DNA of 63,899 bases, counting the filler. It is 5 parts of 5 records of this genome, joined end to end, with 100 filler letters (N's around TTAATTAATTAA, not from the genome) between each part and the next. Parts side by side here need not be neighbours in the genome. Positions count along the whole stretch, not along the records: positions 58,845 to 63,899 come from SRR20825006_2122; 4 more parts are not named here. One strand, 5' to 3'. The notes beneath the pieces are model-generated. The model was given only the letters and a program-made list of their open reading frames with translations, searched no databases and was not told the origin of the DNA. Below are positions 58,845-63,899 of this stretch, piece after piece (position 1 is the first letter of the stretch; every line of letters begins with the position of its first letter). A program made the position numbers and the translations under genes.

Positions 58845-59366
58845 GACGCCGCGCTCTACTATCTCTGCCGGATGCTGGACGCAGGCGAGGATCCGCTGTT
58901 CCTGGGACGACGGCTGGTGCGGATGGCGGTGGAGGACATCGGCCTTGCCGATCCGCAGGCGCTGACGGTCGCCAACGCGGCCAAGGACGCCTTCGATTTT
59001 CTCGGCTCCCCGGAGGGCGAGCTGGCTCTTGCCCAGGCGACCGTCTATCTGGCCGCCGCTCCGAAATCCAACGCCGTCTACCGCGCCTACAAGGCCGCGC
59101 TGAAGACCGCGCGGGAGGGCGGGTCGCTGCTGCCCCCCAAACACATCCTCAACGCGCCCACCAAGCTCATGAAGAGCGAGGGATATTCGACCGGCTATCA
59201 GTACGACCACGACGCGCCGGACTCGTTTTCCGGCCAGGACTACTTCCCCGAGGAGCTCGGCCGGCAATCGTTCTATCGTCCGACTGGCTACGGCGCCGAG
59301 GCGCACATCGGCAAGCGTCTCGAGCATCTGGAGGCCTTGCGCCGGCGGCGGCGCGGCGAAGGCTAG
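58845..59366 (+). CDS. rarA: Replication-associated recombination protein A (C-terminal part)
   Basis: DAALYY, EDIGLADP, GSPEGEL, APKSNA, NAPTKLMK and YQYDHD. Confidence 0.93.
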   Translation, partial: DAALYYLCRMLDAGEDPLFLGRRLVRMAVEDIGLADPQALTVANAAKDAFDFLGSPEGELALAQATVYLAAAPKSNAVYRAYKAALKTAREGGSLLPPKHILNAPTKLMKSEGYSTGYQYDHDAPDSFSGQDYFPEELGRQSFYRPTGYGAEAHIGKRLEHLEALRRRRRGEG

Positions 59367-59516
59367 AACTTTCGCCGGGCATTGGGCGTGCCCGGTCGTT
59401 TGAATTTGAGCGTGGCTTGAGTATCGTGCGCGCCATTGCAGGCCCGTCCGCGTCCCGATCAGCCGGACCGATATGACGGGCTCGCCCCGCTCGCCGCTCA
59501 GGGAGACTGGCAGACG

Positions 59517-59903
59517 ATGCGCGAAGTCCTGCTGGTCATGCTTGGTGGCGGCCTCGGCGCCGGTCTGCGCCATATGGTCGGAGTGGCCGCGGTTCGCGTG
59601 ATGGGGTTCGGCTTCCCGTGGGGCACCCTCACGGTGAACGTCGTCGGCTCGCTTGCGATGGGACTGCTGGTAGCCGGCCTCGCCCGGTTCGGGCCAGACA
59701 TCGGCGCGCGCGAGATCCGGCTGTTCGTGGGCGTTGGTATTCTCGGCGGGTTCACGACCTTCTCGTCGTTCTCGCTCGATGCGGTCAACCTCTACGAGGC
59801 GGGGCATGCATCGACGGCGGCCCTCTACGTGGTCGGCTCGGTGGTTCTCGGTCTGACGGCGCTGTTCGCCGGACTCGGTCTTGTTCGCTGGCTGGCTCCC
59901 TGA
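59517..59903 (+). CDS. crcB: Fluoride channel Fluc
   Basis: GGGLGAGLR, FPWGTLTVNVVGS and GILGGFTTFSSF. Confidence 0.95.
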   Translation: MREVLLVMLGGGLGAGLRHMVGVAAVRVMGFGFPWGTLTVNVVGSLAMGLLVAGLARFGPDIGAREIRLFVGVGILGGFTTFSSFSLDAVNLYEAGHASTAALYVVGSVVLGLTALFAGLGLVRWLAP

Positions 59904-59931
59904 GCCCCGGCACGGAAAGTATGCAGACGTC

Positions 59932-60948
59932 ATGGCAATGATCGAAACCAGGCAGGTCGACGGCGACGAAGACGGCATGCGCGTCGACCGCTGGTTCAAG
60001 ACCCACTATCCGGGCGTCGGCTTCGGTCAGTTGCAGAAGCTTCTGCGCACCGGCCAGGTGCGCGTCGACGGCGGACGGGTGAAGCCGTCGAGCCGGCTGG
60101 AAACCGGTCAGACCATCCGCATCCCGCCGATGGCGGCGAACGCGCCGTCCGCGCCGGTCGTCCAGGGCGGTCCATCTCGCGAAGGCCGTGCCGGGCTCGA
60201 GCCGTACCTGCTGCACGAGGATGCCGATGTGCTGGTGTTCAACAAGCCGGCGGGACTGGCCGTCCAGGGCGGGCCGGGACTGACGCGCCATGTCGACGGG
60301 TTGCTGGAAGGCTGGCGCGACCGCAAGGGGCAGAAGCCTCGGCTGGTGCATCGCCTCGACCGCGACACCTCCGGGGTGCTTCTCGTGGCGAAGACGCGCA
60401 AGGCGGCCGCCGATCTCGCCGGGTCCTTCCGGTCACGCACCACGCGCAAGCTCTACTGGGCGCTGGTGAAGGGCATTCCCAAGCCCAGGGAAGGGCGGAT
60501 CTCCACCTACCTGGCCAAGGACGGCCCCCGCGAGGCGGAGCGCATGGTCATCGTCCGCCATGGCGAGCCCGATGCCGTCCACGCGGTGACCCACTACGCG
60601 GTTGTGGAGCAGGCCGGCCAGAACGTCTGCTGGCTGGTGATGCGGCCGGTGACGGGGCGGACCCATCAGCTGCGCGCCCATGCCGCCCACATCGGACATC
60701 CGATCGTCGGCGATCCCAAATATTTCGACATCGAGAACTGGGACCTGCCCGGGGGGATCCAGAACAAGCTCCATCTGCACGCGCACCGGCTGGTGATCCC
60801 GCATCCTTCCTCGGGCGGTCTGCTCGACGTGTCGGCGCCGCTGTCGGCCCACATGCAGCAGTCCTGGAACCTCTACGGCTTCGATCCGGAACGCGCCTTC
60901 GAGGTCGAGAACGAGGCGGCCGTCCTGCTCAATGCCAAGGCGGGCTGA
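59932..60948 (+). CDS. RluA-family (RluC-like) pseudouridine synthase
   Basis: S4 domain RVDRW...GQVRVDG, NKPAGLAVQGG, HRLDRDTSG, TGRTHQLR and GHPIVGD. Confidence 0.93.
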   Translation: MAMIETRQVDGDEDGMRVDRWFKTHYPGVGFGQLQKLLRTGQVRVDGGRVKPSSRLETGQTIRIPPMAANAPSAPVVQGGPSREGRAGLEPYLLHEDADVLVFNKPAGLAVQGGPGLTRHVDGLLEGWRDRKGQKPRLVHRLDRDTSGVLLVAKTRKAAADLAGSFRSRTTRKLYWALVKGIPKPREGRISTYLAKDGPREAERMVIVRHGEPDAVHAVTHYAVVEQAGQNVCWLVMRPVTGRTHQLRAHAAHIGHPIVGDPKYFDIENWDLPGGIQNKLHLHAHRLVIPHPSSGGLLDVSAPLSAHMQQSWNLYGFDPERAFEVENEAAVLLNAKAG

Positions 60949-60955
60949 GACGGAC

Positions 60956-61864
60956 ATGGGGAAGGGCCACCCGGCGCATCCGGCCGGCGGCGGCAGGCCG
61001 CGTGTCTACGACTGCTTCCTGTTCTTCCGCGAGCTGGACCTCCTGGAGATCCGGCTCGGCGAGCTCGATCCGGTGGTCGACACCTTCGTGCTCGTCGAGG
61101 CCCGTCGCGACTTCGCCGGCAACGAGAAGCCCCTGGTCTACAAGGCGAACCGCAGCCGCTTCGCCGCCTTTGCCCACAAGATCCGCCACGTGGAGGTGCT
61201 CGACGAGCCCGGCGACGCCGGCCGGCGCTGGATCCGCCAGGCGCACCAGCGTCGCGCCATCCTCGACGGGTTGCATGATGCCCGGCCTGACGACCTGGTG
61301 ATCGTCTCCGACGTGGACGAGATCCCCGCCGCCGAGCGCGTGGCCGAAGCCAGTGCCGATCCGCGCCCGAACGCCGTGCATTTCTTCAACCAGCCACTTC
61401 ATCGCTTCTATCTCGACGTTCGGGACAGCGGTGGAACGCGCTGGATCGGCAGCCGCGCCGTCCGCGCCCGCCGCATGATCGATCCCACCCGGCTGCGCAA
61501 GCTGAAGCCGGTCAACTATCCCCGGGCGCCGCGTGCCTACGAGGCGCTGTACTGGGCCTATCGCAGCCTGGCGGAGTTCGGCGCGCTCACCACCCGCGTC
61601 CTGCACCGCGATGCCGGCTGGCATTTCTCCTCGCTCGGCGACGTCGACTATCTGATGGCCAAGGACGCGGCGATCTCGTTCGACGAACAGAACCAGGTGA
61701 GCAACGCCCCGCGCGCCTATTGGGAAAGCGCGCGCGCCGAGCTGCTGATGCCGCTGGGGCGCGCCGAACGCCTCGACATCGCGCACGACCTTCCGCGCCC
61801 GGTGCGCGAGAAGCCCGAGCGCTTCGCGCACCTGTTGTCGCCCGGGATGTCCGAGGACGGCTGA
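60956..61864 (+). CDS. Glycosyltransferase family 17-like protein (MGAT3/GnT-III homolog)
   Basis: VYDCFLFFRELDLLEIRL, VVDTFVLVEA, KPL, QR, SDVDEIP (DxD) and GWHFS. Confidence 0.8.
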   Translation: MGKGHPAHPAGGGRPRVYDCFLFFRELDLLEIRLGELDPVVDTFVLVEARRDFAGNEKPLVYKANRSRFAAFAHKIRHVEVLDEPGDAGRRWIRQAHQRRAILDGLHDARPDDLVIVSDVDEIPAAERVAEASADPRPNAVHFFNQPLHRFYLDVRDSGGTRWIGSRAVRARRMIDPTRLRKLKPVNYPRAPRAYEALYWAYRSLAEFGALTTRVLHRDAGWHFSSLGDVDYLMAKDAAISFDEQNQVSNAPRAYWESARAELLMPLGRAERLDIAHDLPRPVREKPERFAHLLSPGMSEDG

Positions 61865-61998
61865 GCGTTGTTCGCCAGCCGTTCCGGGCCCGCCACACCG
61901 CCTGTCATGGCAACTTCATTTGATTCCTCGCGACCTCCGGGCCTCTATGCCGGCGGGGCGCGCGAAGGTTCGGCGGCCGCACCGACCCGGGGGGTGAG

Positions 61999-63543
61999 AT
62001 GAACGAGTTGAGCATTGCAGGCGCGCATCCGGCGGCTGCCGCCGATGTCGGGCCAGGCGGCAAGACGGTTCAGCAATATATCGACGAGACCCCGCGCTGG
62101 GAGGACGGCACCTTCGTCTCCATGACGCCGATGACCCGCATGCAGTGGCTGATCTGGGCGCTGGCCGCGGCGGGCAAGTTCTTCGAGGGCATGGTGGTCT
62201 TCATGACCGGCGTTGCCTTGCCGCTGATCAGCAAGGACTGGAATCTCGGCGAGTTCGAACACGGCATGGTGGCGGCGGCGAGCCTGCTTGGCATCCTCGT
62301 CGGGGCGACCTTGCTGGGTGGCCTGTCCGACCATTTCGGCCGCAAGCGCATGTTCATCGTCGAGATGGCGCTGTTCACGATCTTCCTGGTCCTGACCTGC
62401 CTCAGCCCGTCCTTCGTCTGGTTCGTGATCTGCCTGCTGGGCCTCGGCCTCGCGCTCGGCTGCGACTATCCGACCGCGCACATGGTCATTTCCGAATCCA
62501 TCCCGTCGCGCTCGCGCGGCCGCCTGGTGCTGTCGGCGTTCGGTTTCCAGGCCGTCGGGGCGCTGTTCGGCACCTTCGTCGGCTACCTGATCCTGGTGAA
62601 CCACCCCGCGCTGGATGCCTGGCGCTACATGTACGCGGCGGCGATCATCCCGGCGGTGCTCGTGCTGGTGGGCCGCTTCTACATCACCGAGAGCGTGCAC
62701 TGGCTGTTCGCCAAGGGGAAGGTCGCGGAGGCGGAGCGGGAGGCGGCGCGTCTTCTGAAACGCACCCCGGCCTACCCCAAGAAGATCAGGCTGAAGCGGA
62801 AGAAGGTCCCGAAGGCCGGCGTCCCCGTCCGCAAGCCGGAAACCCACTACGGCGTGCTGTTCAACAGGAAGAACCGCCGCGCGACCATCCTCGCGTCGGT
62901 GCCGTGGTTCCTGCAGGATCTGGGCACCTACGGCATCGGCATCTTCACGCCGGTGATCCTGGCCGCCGCGGTCGGGCGCCAGAAGGAACATGCCACGTCG
63001 GTGGCCGACATCGTCCAGAACGACATCCTCGCGGCCCGCGGCGCGGCGACCATCGATGTCCTGCTGATCGTCGGCATCATCGTCGCCGTCCTGCTGGCCG
63101 ACCGTGCCGGCCGGATCCGTCTGCAGATCGTCGGCTTCTTCGGCTGTGCGCTCGGCCTGCTTGTCGCCGCGCTGTCGGCCTACGTCGCCCCGCAGCTGGA
63201 AGTGCTGATGGTGTTCGCGGGCTTCATGCTCTTCAACTTCATGACCAACATGGGTCCGAACGCCCAGACCTACCTGATCGCCGGCGAGGTGTTCCCCACC
63301 GAGGTGCGTGGCAAGGGCGCCGGCTTCGCCGCATCCTTCGCGAAGATCGGCGCGGTGCTCACCGCGTTCCTGTTCCCCGTCCTCCTTGCCGATTTCGGAA
63401 CCACCGCCATTCTGCTGGCGCTGGTGGTCGCGTCGCTGCTCGGGGCCTGGGTGACCTGGCAGTTCCGCATCGAGACGGCCGGGCTCAACCTGGAGGAACT
63501 GGACGCGGACATCGACGCCGAATACGCCCACGCGCCGGCCTGA
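61999..63543 (+). CDS. MFS transporter (sugar-porter-like)
   Basis: GGLSDHFGRK motif A, ISESIPSRSRG, ADRAGR, GPN and EVFPTEVRG. Confidence 0.9.
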   Translation: MNELSIAGAHPAAAADVGPGGKTVQQYIDETPRWEDGTFVSMTPMTRMQWLIWALAAAGKFFEGMVVFMTGVALPLISKDWNLGEFEHGMVAAASLLGILVGATLLGGLSDHFGRKRMFIVEMALFTIFLVLTCLSPSFVWFVICLLGLGLALGCDYPTAHMVISESIPSRSRGRLVLSAFGFQAVGALFGTFVGYLILVNHPALDAWRYMYAAAIIPAVLVLVGRFYITESVHWLFAKGKVAEAEREAARLLKRTPAYPKKIRLKRKKVPKAGVPVRKPETHYGVLFNRKNRRATILASVPWFLQDLGTYGIGIFTPVILAAAVGRQKEHATSVADIVQNDILAARGAATIDVLLIVGIIVAVLLADRAGRIRLQIVGFFGCALGLLVAALSAYVAPQLEVLMVFAGFMLFNFMTNMGPNAQTYLIAGEVFPTEVRGKGAGFAASFAKIGAVLTAFLFPVLLADFGTTAILLALVVASLLGAWVTWQFRIETAGLNLEELDADIDAEYAHAPA

Positions 63544-63635
63544 ACCGGCGGAACGTTCGCGGCCGTCCACGCTTGACATGGCAAGGGCGGGGCGGTCCCC
63601 TCCCGGATGTGGCAGGTGGAAAGAGGCAGGACGAC

Positions 63636-63899
63636 ATGAGCGACGGAGTCGAGGCAATCTTCGCGCGACTGGACGCGTGCCGGACGGGCTGGAAGGGCCG
63701 GACGCTGCGCGCGGCGTTCGAGGCGGACCCGGGCCGCTTTGACCGCTTCCACGCGCAGTTCGACGATCTTCTCCTCGACTACTCGAAGACCCATGTCGAC
63801 GCCGACACGCTGGCCCTGCTGGTGGATCTCGCGACGGCCGCGGATCTGGCCGGCTGGCGCGACCGGATGTTCGGCGGGGAGGCGATCAACGCGACCGAG
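63636..63899 (+). CDS. pgi: Glucose-6-phosphate isomerase (N-terminal part, runs off the window)
   Basis: Manual translation gives ...FEADPGRF...LLLDYSK...RDRMFGGEAINATE. AGGA RBS. Confidence 0.88.
   Translation, partial: MSDGVEAIFARLDACRTGWKGRTLRAAFEADPGRFDRFHAQFDDLLLDYSKTHVDADTLALLVDLATAADLAGWRDRMFGGEAINATE

Noticed and set aside
59367..59516. Fluoride riboswitch upstream of crcB
   Set aside because: No GGCGATGG...GCTGATGAC-type consensus is visible, and crcB lies in a housekeeping gene run.
61945..63657. 570-aa minus-strand ORF
   Set aside because: Antisense shadow of the MFS transporter.

Overview
This window is not one continuous locus. It is five assembled contigs joined by four identical 100-nt artificial linkers (44 N + TTAATTAATTAA + 44 N) at 10666-10765, 16642-16741, 30942-31041 and 58745-58844, so gene adjacency across linkers means nothing and the contigs may come from different Alphaproteobacteria. 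Contig A (1-10665): frcR-frcBCA-frcK sugar ABC locus, convergent with a 3-hydroxybenzoate/gentisate catabolic operon (TRAP permease, monooxygenase, FAH-family hydrolase, GST-zeta isomerase, gentisate dioxygenase, MDMPI-like protein). Contig B (10766-16641): thiC-O-S-G-E-F-D operon followed by an orphan GSU2403/AbiEii-like nucleotidyltransferase. Contig C (16742-30941): copA-cueR-copZ with a CueR promoter, two LacI-linked sugar ABC systems and a GH38 alpha-mannosidase. Contig D (31042-58744): thuK/thuA/thuB-like genes, 5'-nucleotidase, a SigF-NrsF pair divergent from a cytochrome b/molybdoenzyme pair, rhlE, otsBA, and a purine catabolism cluster interleaved with two ArsR-SRPBCC modules. Contig E (58845-63899): rarA, crcB, RluA-family synthase, a GT17-like glycosyltransferase, an MFS transporter and the start of pgi. 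I saw no rRNA, tRNA, CRISPR array or intact mobile element. Most content is recognisable metabolism. The best leads for something new are the degenerate MDMPI-like protein beside a natural Gly106-to-Ala homolog of salicylate dioxygenase, the orphan nucleotidyltransferase, the SigF module with two exact back-to-back promoters, and the ArsR/SRPBCC/DUF1801 cassettes. All family assignments come from motif recognition, not database searches.
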